A stretch of 64,000 bases of DNA from Glycera tridactyla (lineage: Eukaryota). Shown here one piece after another: positions 49,859-63,455 of this stretch. Under the pieces are notes generated by a model that was not told where the DNA came from, ran no database searches, and saw only the letters and a list, made by a program, of their open reading frames with translations. The stretch spans positions 71,672,001 to 71,736,000 of the forward strand of contig OZ286460.1 in the NCBI GenBank assembly GCA_965644265.1. Reading direction: 5' to 3'. The first letter of the stretch is position 1. Each line of letters starts with the position of its first letter. Position numbers and translations under genes: made by a program.

Positions 49859-51344
49859 GCCGTGATGTATGCACTGTCGTGCCTCTACCACGGCGTGTGT
49901 GGGGGGGGGGGGGGTTGTTCTGTCATGCCCGCTGATGCTTCGCATCACATGCCTAATACGGTCATTCCATACGTGTTATATTGCAATTTCAACCATTCCG
50001 TAGGCTATAATATTATCTCGTAATCTGGGGAACCATGTAACTCTGATGCATTGCACGAATTACCCTGCCAATTGTTGGGGCTGTGTTACTGTGTCTCACT
50101 GCCAATAATCTCGCACTCATCTATTTTGTTGCAGTAATCAGTGCTATTAGTTTGGTATTTGCACCCTTGCCTAGAATAAGCCATGGACTGCCTTGTATTT
50201 GAATGTAAATGTCATTACTACTTAGTATTTGTGAGGCCATTGCCTCTTTGTTAAGAGTTGTCAATCGGATTGTTCATTGATCAGACCAATGGAATACTGC
50301 TTCTGCGGCGTGTGCCGAGAGGTGCCATTTGTCTCATGTTAATTTAATCAATTTCAGCCGAGTGGTTAACTGGCTGCTCTTTTCAGAAATTAAAATTCAA
50401 TTCAAAGCAATTTTTCCTTATCTTATCTGTTCAACCACACTCAATCGGAAAATGCTCATCTGACATTTTTGGTTGAGTGGCGGTTGCAGATCAGCTTGAT
50501 TTCACAGTCACTTGTTAACATATAATATGCCCTTAGCAAATGATCCCTGTTGGCGTAGCAAACAGACTATAGCAACCCACGGGTTACTAGGCATGCGTCA
50601 CTACCCCTACTCTATGACGTCATAATGAGAGCATTGTGACGCAGGTACACAACTGCGCTACGTTCAACTGCGCCATTTGAATTTATCCGTCCAGTAATCC
50701 GGCCGTGTGAGCATCCGCTCTTCATTTTCTCCGATTCCCTCCATCCTTCCCCATCACCGCCTGTATTTCATTTGTTTGTACACATGTTGCCTAATACGGT
50801 CATTCCATACGTGTTATATTGCAATTTCAACCATTCCGTAGGCTATAATATCATCTCGTAATCTGGGGAACCATGTAACTCTGATGCATTGCACGAATTA
50901 CCCTGCCAATTGTTGGGGCTGTGTTACTGTGTCTCACTGCCAATAATCTCGCACTCATCTATTTTGTTGCCAGTAATCAGTGCTATTAGTTTGGTATTTG
51001 CACCCTTGCCTAGAATAAGCCATGGACTGCCTTGTATTTGAATGTAAATGTCATTACTACTTAGTATTTGTGAGGTCATTGCCTCTTTGTTAAGAGTTGT
51101 CAATCGGATTGTTCATTGATCAGACCAATGGAATACTGCTTCTGCGGCGTGTGCCGAGAGGTGCCATTTGTCTCATGTTAATTTGATCAATTTCAGCCGA
51201 GTGGTTAACTGGCTGCTCTTTTCAGAAATTAAAATTCAATTCAAAGCAAATTTCCTTATCTTATCTGTTCAACCACACTCAAAACCGGTTTCACCACCCG
51301 TGGGCTATGCCAGTTCACCGCTGACACGGACCTACATTACAGTA

Positions 51345-52083
51345 CAGGGTCCCCACGGGCCCGGGAAACCGAGAATCGCCCGGGAACACAATTTTCAAGG
51401 GAATTGCCCAGGAATCGCCCGGAAATTACACATCTGCCCGGGAAACACAATAAAATTCCGTGAAATTCGTGAAATTTCGCGAGACTGGCTAATATTTCGG
51501 TGAACAACATCATTTGCGAAGTTCAATCGAGTTTCCTCGAGCCTAGACGTCGCTGATACGAAACATCAACACAGACGCTTTTACACAAACATTCGAGCAA
51601 CGGCTTGTTTCTTGTTACAACCCCGGGATAATTGAAGTACAATAAAGAATGTCTCGAAGGGGTGGACACGAACAAAGACGGCTGTATATTACCATTTGAT
51701 TGTTTGATAAGCCTGGCATTAATTGCGATCAGTAGGCTGGTCACCGGATTCGACTAGCCTCCGTGACAGATGCTTTTATTTCCTATGTATATTCATGTAG
51801 GAACGTATGGCAAGCGCTCGACCGGCGATTGTCTGAGGAGGCAAGAATTGGGGCGTCTAAAAATAGCATCAAATCTGGCATAAATTATGTTAATTAGCGG
51901 GGTTTCCCTTCTCGCGCTTGTTGTGCGATTTCATCACGTTCATCGTTGATTTCTATCGGGATTTTCTCGAAAATAATCATCATTAAAGTACCCGTAAATC
52001 AGCCCAGGAAAATTGTCCATTTAGCCCAGGAAAAGCCCGGGAAAGCCCAGGAATGTGGTTTTGGAAAAAGAGTGGGAACCCTG
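51345..52083. mobile_element. hAT-like non-autonomous element
   Basis: TIRs cagggtccccac / gtgggaaccctg; CCCGGGAA subterminal repeats at both ends; TSD not evident. Confidence 0.7.
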
Positions 52084-52118
52084 ACAGGGATAAGATGCAG
52101 GTGCCTGTGGCTTGAACG

Positions 52119-53029
52119 ATTCTTTGCCGCACAGATCTCCAACGCGCATGCTCAGCGCCCGTTAGTTACGTCGCCGCCATTTTTATGACCGCAAGCAGAC
52201 CTATCAACCCAATGCCCTAACGAGAGAGAAAATGTTCAATCGGTATTTTCTTTCATTCCTTTGATGGTATTGACATAAATCTCTAACAAATGAAGCAGTC
52301 CTCATGAGGCATTAATAATTATGGTTTTTCGAGGGAATGGACGCATATAATTCTGTTCATGCCAACTTATGTCGCTTATTCGTGGATCGACCTCAAACTT
52401 AGGCCGGGTAATTGTGGAAACATTGCGATTCTGTGAATGTTTTCGAATCTATGATGGAATAAGTGGTTCCTGAGATATTGGGCATCGAAAATCGGGAGTT
52501 GGGAGGTGAAAACACGGGGGGTGTTGGAATACGTGACTCCCTTTGGAGTAACATCAATAGTTCACGCCTTTCGTCAGTCCTGCTAATCCCTCCCCGTAAT
52601 GACACTTCTCACAAACAATCAAGCTTTCATCTTGATGACCCCTCTGTTCATTCAGGTAACTGCAGTCTGTTAAAAAAACCGCCTGGGAGAATCATCTCGC
52701 TAATAATCGGCTTGGTATATTGTCATTGAGTTACCGTGTATATTGTCACTTAAATATCTTCCCAATTTCTCAGCGATCCCTCCATCAATCGCAGTCAAAC
52801 CTTGGAAACACATAGAAAACCAGTTCTGCTTTTATTCAGTCTTTGAATCATAGAAATTGTTCAAATGGTTCGAAAGTTATCATGATTTTTCTCAAGTATT
52901 GTTCTGTGACACATTAAGAATCGGGCGATGACAGCTCTCCGTTTGTTGTCACGAAAATGGCCGCCGTGAGTTGCTAGGGGTATTACCCGAGATGCTCAGC
53001 GTGTGTGACGTATGTGTGCGGCAAAGAAT
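52119..53029. mobile_element. Unclassified TIR element (family E), copy 1
   Basis: Perfect 15-bp TIR ATTCTTTGCCGCACA / TGTGCGGCAAAGAAT; the interior is similar to 60131-61450. Confidence 0.85.
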
Positions 53030-53924
53030 GGGATCAGTCAGTTGGGCGGTCAGTCGGCCTATGCNNNNNNNNNNNNNNNNNNNNNNNNNNNNNNNNNNNN
53101 NNNNNNNNNNNNNNNNNNNNNNNNNNNNNNNNNNNNNNNNNNNNNNNNNNNNNNNNNNNNNNNNNNNNNNNNNNNNNNNNNNNNNNNNNNNNNNNNNNNN
53201 NNNNNNNNNNNNNNNNNNNNNNNNNNNNNNNNNNNNNNNNNTTTGCGGATTGATAGATTGATCTATAGAGAGTGATTGATTGAAGGTCTGGCTTATAAAT
53301 GACGTATCTATAGAATGGATTGATTGATTCATCGATAGATGATTGATGGATGAATTGATCAAGAGAATGATCAATGGATTGATTGGCAGTGGNNNNNNNN
53401 NNNNNNNNNNNNNNNNNNNNNNNNNNNNNNNNNNNNNNNNNNNNNNNNNNNNNNNNNNNNNNNNNNNNNNNNNNNNNNNNNNNNNNNNNNNNNNNNNNNN
53501 NNNNNNNNNNNNNNNNNNNNNTGTCACGTCAGCACCATCTGGGCTATATTGTGACGATCATGCAATGAGCATCGGTGAGATCATCTAAGACTCCTCCTTC
53601 TGGGCCCCAAACAGATGGCGAAAATTCACAGACACTCAAGGTGCCATTTCTGTTATGCCCACATGACACATAGGGAAACGTGAGGCCATTTCACATACCC
53701 TGATCATCATGGATGTCTGAATGATGGATTTGCATGATTGTACTTGAGTGAATGAGTGTGTGAATGTGTTGCGTGGTTGATTGGTGTTCTGCGTATTCAG
53801 ATGGTTCATAGTGGTTGCTTGATTGACTGAGTGATTAGGGATAGTTGAGAATGATTGCTTTATTGCTTGATTTGTTTGTGATATGTATGTCATGTTTGGG
53901 CCAATAATTGATTGCTTGAGTAGT

Positions 53925-53925
53925 G

Positions 53926-54018
<93 letters not shown>
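53925..54018. repeat. (GTCT)n microsatellite
   Basis: Directly visible. Confidence 0.97.
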
Positions 54019-54019
<1 letters not shown>

Positions 54020-54119
54020 GGAGGACCAGTGAAATCCAAAAGTGTACTGATCGATCTCACTGGTTCGTTTGCTATTGACAGTCCCAATTCGACCGCCAAG
54101 TATCAGTGGGACTGTTCCG

Positions 54120-55470
54120 TGAGTCTAGTAGGAGAAGGGGAGTGATGCGAGACAGTAAGGAGGTGAGAGACCAGGGAGAGCGACTAGAGATAGAAACGAG
54201 AGAGATAGGGATATCTAGATTGACAAGAGAAAGGGTTGTGAGAGAGGTCAGAGAGATGGGAGATGGGGAAAGATGAGAGAGACAAACACGAGAGCGGGAG
54301 AAGGAGGTAACAGAGCGAGATGAGAGGCACGGAGAGGCTGAGAGAGACGTGAAAGAGAGGAAGAGAGAGGGGTGAGAGACGAGATTTAAGAGAAAAGAGA
54401 GAAGGGTGAGAGAGATATAAGAGTTGAGAGAGATGAGAGAGATGAGAGAAGGAGAGGAGGTGAGAGAGAAAAGAGAGAGAGAGAGGTTGGAGAGTTGAGA
54501 GTCAAGTGAAAGGCACGAGAGATGAGAGAGAGTGGGGAACAGTTTGTTTGTTTGAGGTTTAACAGCATGTATCAACCCACAGGATTATGTATGCCGTGTG
54601 TTCCTGGTTGATGGAAGCTAGATGTTCTCTCCCCTGTAGGCATCACTCTCACAATCCCTGAACACAAGATGATGGGGAACCTGAAAGGTTGTCAAGTGGA
54701 AGTAACTGACAGTTCAGACACACCTCAACCTAATCTGAACATACATAATAAAGAGAGATTAGAGAGAGGAGAGAGGGTAAGACAGAGAGAGGTGAGGGGG
54801 CAAGATAGAGATGAGAGATAGAGAGGAGAGAGACACGAGAGAGGGGAGAGAGATGAGAGAGATGAGAGAGAGGTGATGAAGAGAAGGATATCGAGACGAT
54901 CGAGATTATAGAGTGGTGTGAGAGAAGAAGGTGACAGAGGGAAAGAGAGGGAAAAAAAGGTGTGAATCGAGAGCGATATAAATGAGAAAGAAAGAGAGAG
55001 ATTTGAGGGCGACCAAAAAGACAGAGAGTGGTGAGAGGCAGATTGAGAGCCGGGAGAAGTTCGCCTGTCAATGAGGTCACCCAATTCACTTTCTTAGATC
55101 AACGATCGGATCGACAAGTTCCAGTTATTTATGCTACGTTCGGCTCATCTTCCATAATGCATGCGTGGAATCGAAAAGATNNNNNNNNNNNNNNNNNNNN
55201 NNNNNNNNNNNNNNNNNNNNNNNNNNNNNNNNNNNNNNNNNNNNNNNNNNNNNNNNNNNNNNNNNNNNNNNNNNNNNNNNNNNNNNNNNNNNNNNNNNNN
55301 NNNNNNNNNNNNNNNNNNNNNNNNNNNNNNNNNNNNNNNNNNNNNNNNNNNNGACGAGACGAGAGAGAGAGGGAGAGAGATGGGAGAGGCAGTGTGTGAA
55401 GGAGGGAGAGTGAGAGAGTTGATAGAGATGTGAGAGCGATTGGTGAGAGAGATAGGTCATTGAGACGAGT
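54120..55470. repeat. GA-rich low-complexity tract interrupted by a family-B copy (54541-54740)
   Basis: Directly visible. Confidence 0.85.
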
Positions 55471-57249
55471 AAGACAGAGACAAAAGTACTCAACAACCCG
55501 GCCATACTCAACGAAAGCGACCAGTCGAATAAGCCTAATGTGTCAAATGCATCGGAGGTTCGCTCATCATTTTGCTCATTCTGCATCACGAGCAAACCCC
55601 CATACTCGCACGACGAGGTTTGAATTTCGCATATTTGGAACAAGGGGCAGGGTCAGGCCAACCCTCAATCATCCAGTCCGAAGCTGCCAGGTAGTGACAG
55701 GCATCACGGCCTGAATGCACTCCTCTCCAATAACACTGACCACCAGAGGGTGCCACAAGTGGAAGATGACCCACTTGCATACTAAGATTCCCATGTGATT
55801 GATCCCCAGTGTACCTACCTACCTACTTTTCAGTGATAGACAACTAGCCGGAAATCGATCATCATTGCTGTTGATTTCATTGTAACCTTTTCTGTCACCT
55901 CATACACAAGCACACACCCCATGGTCAGTCAGTCAATCAGCCAGCCAGCCNNNNNNNNNNNNNNNNNNNNNNNNNNNNNNNNNNNNNNNNNNNNNNNNNN
56001 NNNNNNNNNNNNNNNNNNNNNNNNNNNNNNNNNNNNNNNNNNNNNNNNNNNNNNNNNNNNNNNNNNNNNNNNNNNNNNNNNNNNNNNNNNNNNNNNNNNN
56101 NNNNNNNNNNNNNNNNNNNNNNNNNNNNNNNNNNNNNNNNNNNNNNNNNNNNNNNNNNNNNNNNNNNNNNNNNNNNNNNNNNNNNNNNNNNNNNNNNNNN
56201 NNNNNNNNNNNNNNNNNNNNNNNNNNNNNNNNNNNNNNNNNNNNNNNNNNNNNNNNNNNNNNNNNNNNNNNNNNNNNNNNNNNNNNNNNNNNNNNNNNNN
56301 NNNNNTCTGTGTCTGTCACTATCTATCTCTGTCTCTCTTTCTCTTTCTCTCCCTCTCTCCACCTCTTCCTCTCCCCCTCCTCTCTCATTCTTTCTCTCTC
56401 ACAATAAGTGTGAGCTGGCCAAGAATATCTGCCTATGCGGTGTTGCTCGTCAGGACCATCGTATCGGCCACTGTAACATGAAATGTATCACCTTTGATAT
56501 TGACATGTGTAGGCTGCTCGTCTGGCAAAGTTCATGTCGATAGAATGAGTTCTGCTCTATTCCTGTTTTGATTGCATTTCAAGAATTTAGGTTCTACACA
56601 CACAAATAATACATTGATGGATTTTCCATGTTATGCCCTGTTTAACAGGAGTACTTTCAGATTCTTAGCTCATTTTGAGTGGAATTCTGCCTATTTGTTC
56701 ATGTTCATTCTATATTGTTTTATACATGGGGCTCATGCTAGCTCTGGGTGTGAGGTTGGGAACTGACCTGGTTTGAATGGGACAACATGACCTGGTCAAC
56801 TGCTTAGCCAATCAGCATACTCTGCTGAATTTCCAGCTATTACAAGATGGCCGCTTGGGTTATCAAAGTGAAGTGCATGCAGGCCCAGTGTGCGTGACCC
56901 GAGAGGAGCGGCATCTGGGTCTGCAGAGCTGGAGGCTAGGTCAGGCCCCGATCTCACGATCGGCGGCCGCATCTTGTCAGGCTAGGGCATGTGCTTCAAG
57001 ACAGGGAAGTGCAACATCAGGCTTATTCAACTGGTCGCTTTCGTTGAGTACGGCCAGGTCGTTGAGTACTTTTTCTATTCGGGTGGTACGTTAACCCTTT
57101 TTTGTTGCGTACAATCTCAATGGTCATTTGACTATGTTGAACTTGTTAAACGAAACCTATTCGGCTGGGCTACGATCATTGAGTACATTTCCATCAATGC
57201 ACTTTCAACGAAACTGACCAGTGGAATAGGCCTATTCTCACCATTGCCA

Positions 57250-57897
57250 ATTCTGATAAACTTCTCAAAGAATATTATGAGATAGCAGGAAGGTCCTCTA
57301 ACATGTGGATGCGGCCATATACCTGGGTATCATCATCCAGAACACACTTGAGTTTTCAGACCACATACAGGAATCAGTCAGCAAGGCAAATAGGAAACTG
57401 TTTCCTTAAGGGAAACCTCAAGGGATTTCCAGCACCCATAAAGAAGACTTGTGCTCTCTGGCCTAGAATACAGAACCACCATATGGGACCCACATTTGGG
57501 TACCCAGAAGTCCATCGAATTGGTCCAGGACCAAGCATCTAGATGGATCCAGGGTTCACATCCCCAGCAAGCAAGCAAGCAGCATTGCTAAGCTAAGGAA
57601 AGGACCCAACCTGCAGACCCTGGAGGAGAGGAGGTTGCAGCAGCGACTGACACTCTTCTTCAAGATCGTTACTGGGGAGGTGGTTGTGACATCAGGAGGC
57701 ATCGGGCTAGAGGAAGCTGATAGCCGTACCCGATCCTCACATTGCCATAAATTCAAGGAGAAGAGGGGAAACTTATTGCCTCAAGTACTCGACAGTGCAC
57801 CGCACAGTTCCATCCTGGAACAGGTTCCCTGCTGATGTGGCGGAGGCCGACTCTGTTGCCATCTTCAAGAGTCGGCTGTTCACGCTGTGCCCTTAGC
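57250..57897 (+). mobile_element. Decayed CR1/L2-group LINE ORF2 C-terminal fragment
   Basis: Pieced reading YLGIIIQNTLEFSDHI...KANRKL...LEYRTTIWDP...LQTLEERRLQQRLTLFFKIV...RTVPSWNRFP...IFKSRL. Confidence 0.8.
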
Positions 57898-58432
57898 TAG
57901 GCATCAAGGATAGCCCCAGGCAACAATGTACATGTGTAGGGCTATCAACTGACCCCCGAATTTTTTGCACAACAGTGCCTTCTGGGTCACGCCCAGAATT
58001 CAAACTTGCCTAACATGATGAAATATCCAGATCATGTGCGGCGCTGATTAAGAATAAGGCGGCGCTTCTATAATTTGGGAGGATGTGATGATTAAAGTGA
58101 CGAGGTGGGACCTGTCACATGTCAGAAATCCAAGATGGCGGTGTTTGTTCACATCATCAGAACTGCCGATCACATTGCCGAATGTTGTGTGAAAATAATG
58201 AAGACAATAAAGACTGATGAATGTGGATGATAGAAATAGAAGCTGTGATCAATTCCTTGGATTCGTGGTGCATATTCAAGTTGAAACGCATCAGAGATTC
58301 GCTCTTCATTTTGCTTAGTCTGCATCACGAGCCAACCCCTACGAAAGTCGGTCAAGCTTGATTGTGGTGGGCACGTTTTTCGTCATAGCATCGCGAATTC
58401 AGTCCAGATCTAAATGATACTTGCAGACAGAC

Positions 58433-58855
58433 ATTTTTCGTAGGACCCGAGGCCGCCGAAGGCGGCCGGAGACGCCTGAAGGGCGTCGACGGCCGCCGAA
58501 GGCGTCCTCGTGTCCGTAGTACTGTATTCACTTCATGACTGCGGGACTGTTGTTTACGACGCCATCTTGGAATGCACCCGACACGATGGAGAGTCCTCAT
58601 TGGCCATAATAGTTGCAAATCCCAACAAACGAACGTAAGCGCAAGTGAATCCTGTAGAATTCTGGTGAAAATATCGTGAAGAATATACAAAACACATTAA
58701 ATCTGATAGAAACGTCTCGCGCAATCGAAAACCGGCTGCCATCTTGAATAAATTAACGCAGGAAGAGGTTCCCGTCACAACCGCTAGGTGGCGGGAAGTG
58801 GCTGACCAGATTCGGGTCCTACGAATTTTTCATGCGGCTTGCCGCAGTTCTTGTT
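58433..58855 (+). mobile_element. Helentron-type non-autonomous element (HINE) inserted at TT inside a family-C MITE
   Basis: subTIRs ttcgtaggacccga (58437) / tcgggtcctacgaa (58812); 5' palindromes; 3' hairpin tgcggc-tt-gccgca followed by gttcttgtt; the flanks rejoin as gacatt..acatctc, as in the copy at about 11750. Confidence 0.75.
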
Positions 58856-59486
58856 GACATCTCTGATGACTAGAAAGGTCATCACGGCGAGGTTCACTTG
58901 TTCATTTCACCTTAGAATGCAAAATCTGTCAATTTCACGCTGGTTTCGCTGCCAGTGCAGCGGCCGTATCTACACTGTTTCGCATACAAATAATCGCCGA
59001 TAATAGCAGCTGATTCGCCGTAAAAATGCAATGAAATGATGGCGTATTCCTCGTCAAAAACATACAGAACACACGAGACTAGGTTCGATAATCTCCAGAA
59101 GATCTATACATTCCATTAGTACCATTATGCGTAAACTCGGACAAGAAATGGCGAAGTTAGCATCTGAAACGTACCAGCCACATTTGGATTTGACAGACTT
59201 TACGCAACGCAGAGGTTTGAATTTCGCGTGTTTGGAACACGGGGCAGGGTCAGGCCCCGATCTCTTGATCGGTGGCCCCATCTTGTCAGACTACGTGCAT
59301 AGTCAGCTCAGGCACACTGGCGTAATGCGCTACCCTGATCTCTGCCAGTCAATCACTTAGATCTAGACCAAGACTCGATGGCCAGACTTCTGATTCGGCA
59401 ATTCGTTGGTCTTCGGTCATTCAGTGCGCGTTATGCGGTAGTTAGCTATACCGGTTGTGGTCGCGCAAGCGCGACACACCGGCAAA

Positions 59487-59567
59487 ATGGCGTTCACGTT
59501 CGCTGCTTTCGCGTATATTGTGGCACTAATTCTCTCAGCATTTCTGATCTTCTTCGTTATTTATCAT
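59487..59567 (+). CDS. CNIH1: Cornichon homolog, coding exon 1 (MAFTFAAFAYIVALILSAFLIFFVIYH)
   Basis: Matches the cornichon N-terminus; followed by a GTAAGT donor. Confidence 0.93.
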
Positions 59568-60130
59568 GTAAGTTATCATTTCGGCTGGGGAATGTATGTT
59601 GCCTGATCTGGTTTGAATTGTATCCCGATCTCTTGACGTGGTTGTGAACGATCGGTACTTATTGTCTCGTTTTCCGCAGTCGCTGACACCGACACTGACA
59701 CTGACAGCTCTCCTGCACCGGCTATGCGGGTATCAGGTTGCGGATAACGTCTCAATTGAGCTACGTAGCTCAATTGAAGGGCGTTCGTCATTTGATGGAC
59801 GGGGTTCCCCAATGTCGATGACGTCATCGGGATTTCGAAAAAAATCGCGAATATTCGCTATTTACGACCATCAATCAATACGTAAAATTCCACCCGTAAC
59901 CATCATTACTTGTCAGAGAACAATCGTTCACACATACTTTGAGATGAAATAAGGGGAAATGGTGGTGTTCCACACGAGAATCTATTCATGGGCGATCGCC
60001 ATATATCCCCGCTAGAGGTCACTAACTCTAAATGGTGAGGGGCGTACTTGGTGAAATCATAACTTTGCACCCATATTTGGAGGTGATGAGAGGTGATATA
60101 CACATTGGATAATTATGAAACTTCGATTGA

Positions 60131-61450
60131 ATTCTTTGCCGCACAGATCACTAATGCGCATGCTCGAGCCCATTAGTTACGACGGCCGCCATTTTTAAGA
60201 CTGCAAGCGGTGCTGTCAAACTCAATGCTGGAACAAGGGAGAGGATGCTAATTATTCTTTTTTCAATGACTAGAGATGTAATATTCAATCAATCTTCGCC
60301 AGCACAGGCTGACATATGACTATTGGTTTTGGTGATGAAAAAAATCGAACCTCACTCTGGTCACGACTACTTTTTCAACCCACCGATCGTCGGATGTTTG
60401 CCGTGGATTCGTCACTTTGTACTGATATTTCGTGGTGAACTGATTTATGGATCAACCTCACACTTACACCGTTCCATCTTCAAAATATTGCAATTCCATT
60501 GATGTTTTCGATCGGATAATATGATGATCAGGGGTTTAGCCAGGATTGAAAAACTATGAGCCGAAAGATCCATAATTCACCATTTTTAGCGGAAAAATTA
60601 CATTATCCAAATTCAGCCAAATCATTAAATCACTAGCCACTGTATAATTTACCACAATATAGCATGAATTATTTCATTAGTACTTGTTTTACAGTGTTTG
60701 CAGCAGGTATTTTGTAATATTCATCATCAATTTCCTCAATTTTTGTCAAATACCTTGGCTCCCAAATTTAGAAATTCATCCTCCCAGTCAGATTTTCATG
60801 AGCCGAAACCAGAAAGTTCTAGCCCAAATGGCTCAAGGGCTCATGGCTGGCTAAAAGCCTGATGATGATTGGTTCCTGAGATAATCGACATTGAAAATTG
60901 GTAGTTGGAAGGTTGTAACACGGAACGGGTGGGAAGCCATGGCTGCTTTTGAAGTGAACATCAATAGTTCACGCCTCTCGGCTGTGCTGCTAACCCTTCC
61001 CGCTGGTGACACTGCTCACTAACAATCGCCCTTTCATCTTTTGATAGCGTTTTCTTCATTCAGGTAACTGCATTCTATTTGAGATATTGCAAGGGCGAAT
61101 CACTTAGCTAAGAAGTCATCCTCAGAAAAAGTAGGTGATTTTGCCACAACCATTTTCACCGAATTAACTTCGTAATTGCTCAGTCTACCCGGGACCAATC
61201 ACATTGAAAGTCTGTGCAATCATTGGAGAACATTCCAGCTTTTATTTGGTCTTTATTTCATGAAAATCGGACGTATAGTCCTAGAGTTGTTGCGACTTTT
61301 CTGAAGTCATCTTCTGGAAGTCAAGCCTATGTTAGTGGTTTTGCTGCCCGATGACAGGTGAGCTTGCGGTCACAAAAATGGCGGCAGTTGGTAGCTAGGG
61401 GGATTTCCCAAGATGCTCAGAGTGTGTGACGTATGTGTGCGGCAAAGAAT
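60131..61450. mobile_element. TIR element family E, copy 2, in cornichon intron 1
   Basis: Same perfect 15-bp TIRs; interrupted by a hAT MITE. Confidence 0.85.
60529..60861. mobile_element. hAT-type MITE nested in family E
   Basis: TIRs caggggtttagccag / ctggctaaaagcctg; perfect 8-bp TSD ATGATGAT. Confidence 0.88.
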
Positions 61451-62021
61451 AATCTTATGACTCAAGCCATTAGAACTCTGTATCTGCTTTTGTTGTACTT
61501 TGAGCGGTTGTTGAAATATTCTCCATCAATTGTAAGGTGTCGGTCAATCAACTAACACCCTCCGATTGAGCTGGGAAGCCCAATGGAGACGTTGGGTATT
61601 GGGGTATAGCGGACGGTGAGGATTAGCTCAGAAGTGGATGCGGGATTTTCCTGAGACGAATTTCTCTTGGAAAATACACGCTGAAGTGATAAGATTGTTC
61701 CTGGAATTGGTGTCCATATTGTTTTGAGAGCCGCCCAGCCAGGATACTTGATATAAATGGTGGCATATCAAAACTGCTGAAACTTTAAGGAATTATGCAG
61801 TGATCTCCCCGCGCACAAATTGTGCATTACTGATGCAATTGATGCAATTTTAGACAGCAATTACTGAGAATTGCGTCGCACATGCCTATCCCAGTCACTC
61901 AATGTATGACAAACCTTATGAAATAACTGTTTCAAAAGGTTTGCCGCTAGATATTAGAACCGAAGTGTCAATAAGGTATGGATATTGTTAATTTTCCTTT
62001 TTTTCTGGTTCATCATTTCAG

Positions 62022-62090
62022 ATTATAGCTTTTGATGAGCTCAAAACGGACTACAAGAATCCTATAGATCAGTGCAACAGCTTAAATCCG
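62022..62090 (+). CDS. CNIH1: Cornichon homolog, coding exon 2 (IIAFDELKTDYKNPIDQCNSLNP)
   Basis: Acceptor tttcag, donor GTGAGT; hallmark cornichon motif. Confidence 0.96.
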
Positions 62091-63342
62091 GTGAGTATGA
62101 TTTTTATGAAGGATAATGCTGCCTGTGGTCTTCGTGCATATGATTCCTCTGAATTGAAGTGAAATTCTTTTTTTCTTATGTTTATGATAATTTTTGGGAA
62201 TCACCAAAATTCATTGGGAATTTATCATTTATTTTGATACAGTCCTCGAATTTAGCCACTCTCCCAAATTGCGGAGGGAGTGGATTGGATTTCGAGAGAG
62301 TGAAAGGACCAAACTCACTCTCCCGATGCAGGGCTCGACATCATATACCTTTTTAACCTAATTTTTGGGCAAGTAGAAAGTATTTCAGACGTGCTTAGCA
62401 AACCTTAGCATCGAGGCCTGCGATGACAATTTTTCATTTGATGAGAGATTGAGGGTTTCAATATCAGGGGAGATCATTACAATTTTGACTCTGCCAACAT
62501 AGAATCCTATTCCCTATATGATGGGTTTGTATACTGTATCTGCACACTTATCATTCAAAGGAACAAACTTCAGCAGAGATGGATTGTATGACTTTTGGTT
62601 GTGATTCACATGACAGATGAGGCGGAATCCATGTATTGATAAGATGTTTATTGACATGACTATCTCCCCCTATATGAGATGGGCAGATAAATTATCTTGA
62701 TGTCTCCTCACTCTGAATATGCGGTGGTCTCACAGCAGAACTAAGAACAAATTTGATTGACTCAATGGCTGATAAAACTTGCTTCCAGTGCAGCTCATCC
62801 GTTCAGTGCTGCATCCCATCAGTGATACCCCAAACTGGTGATAACACCGCCATTACTGCTCGAGTGATGCAGGGATGTGAACCGTGTTTTTGGTGACAAT
62901 CAGCAGGCCATGTACATGACAGCAAAGAACCTTCCCTGCTGACTATTTTGGCTTTTAGATCATGAAAATCGGACCAGTATTATTGGAGATAGAGCACAAT
63001 GTTTGTATGAAGTTCTGGTAGCCTTTAGTCACCAGTTGTTTGGTTTTGTTGATTCACAAAATCTTAGTGTAAGTGCTCCCGGTCTGGTTTTCAGTGTTTT
63101 TGTTTGTGAGCCAATCACATCCCTGATGATGAGTCTTGTCATTGCTTCTGAGTCTCTCTCAAGGCATATTCATGATCAAATTCCAGTGATTTTTCCTCAG
63201 CCCCTATGTTCATTGTATTGGCTCTGAGGTAGATCAATTGTCGATACATGTATAATTTGAATGCCCTGGCTTGAGAAGCGTAGAGTATCCTGTCTATTGT
63301 GAAATTGGACTTGGTTTTCATTTTTCGCTGTTCTGTTTTCAG

Positions 63343-63455
63343 CTGGTACTTCCTGAGTATGGTATCCACATCTTCTTCAATATATTATTCATCTTCGCCT
63401 ACCAGTGGGGCACGTTACTCCTCAATCTGCCACTCATTATTTACCATATTCACAG
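63343..63455 (+). CDS. CNIH1: Cornichon homolog, coding exon 3 (LVLPEYGIHIFFNILFIFAYQWGTLLLNLPLIIYHIHR); the gene continues past the window
   Basis: Acceptor ttttcag, donor GTGAG; LVLPEY...LNLPL..YH motif. Confidence 0.95.

Larger units (their letters stand above)
44445..51282 (+). mobile_element. Full-length Ngaro-like YR retrotransposon with split direct repeats
   Basis: A1 about 44445-44652, B1 49950-50444, A2 about 50530-50738, B2 50788-51282; ORFs SGNH, gag, RT-RNaseH (no methyltransferase) and YR. Confidence 0.95.
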
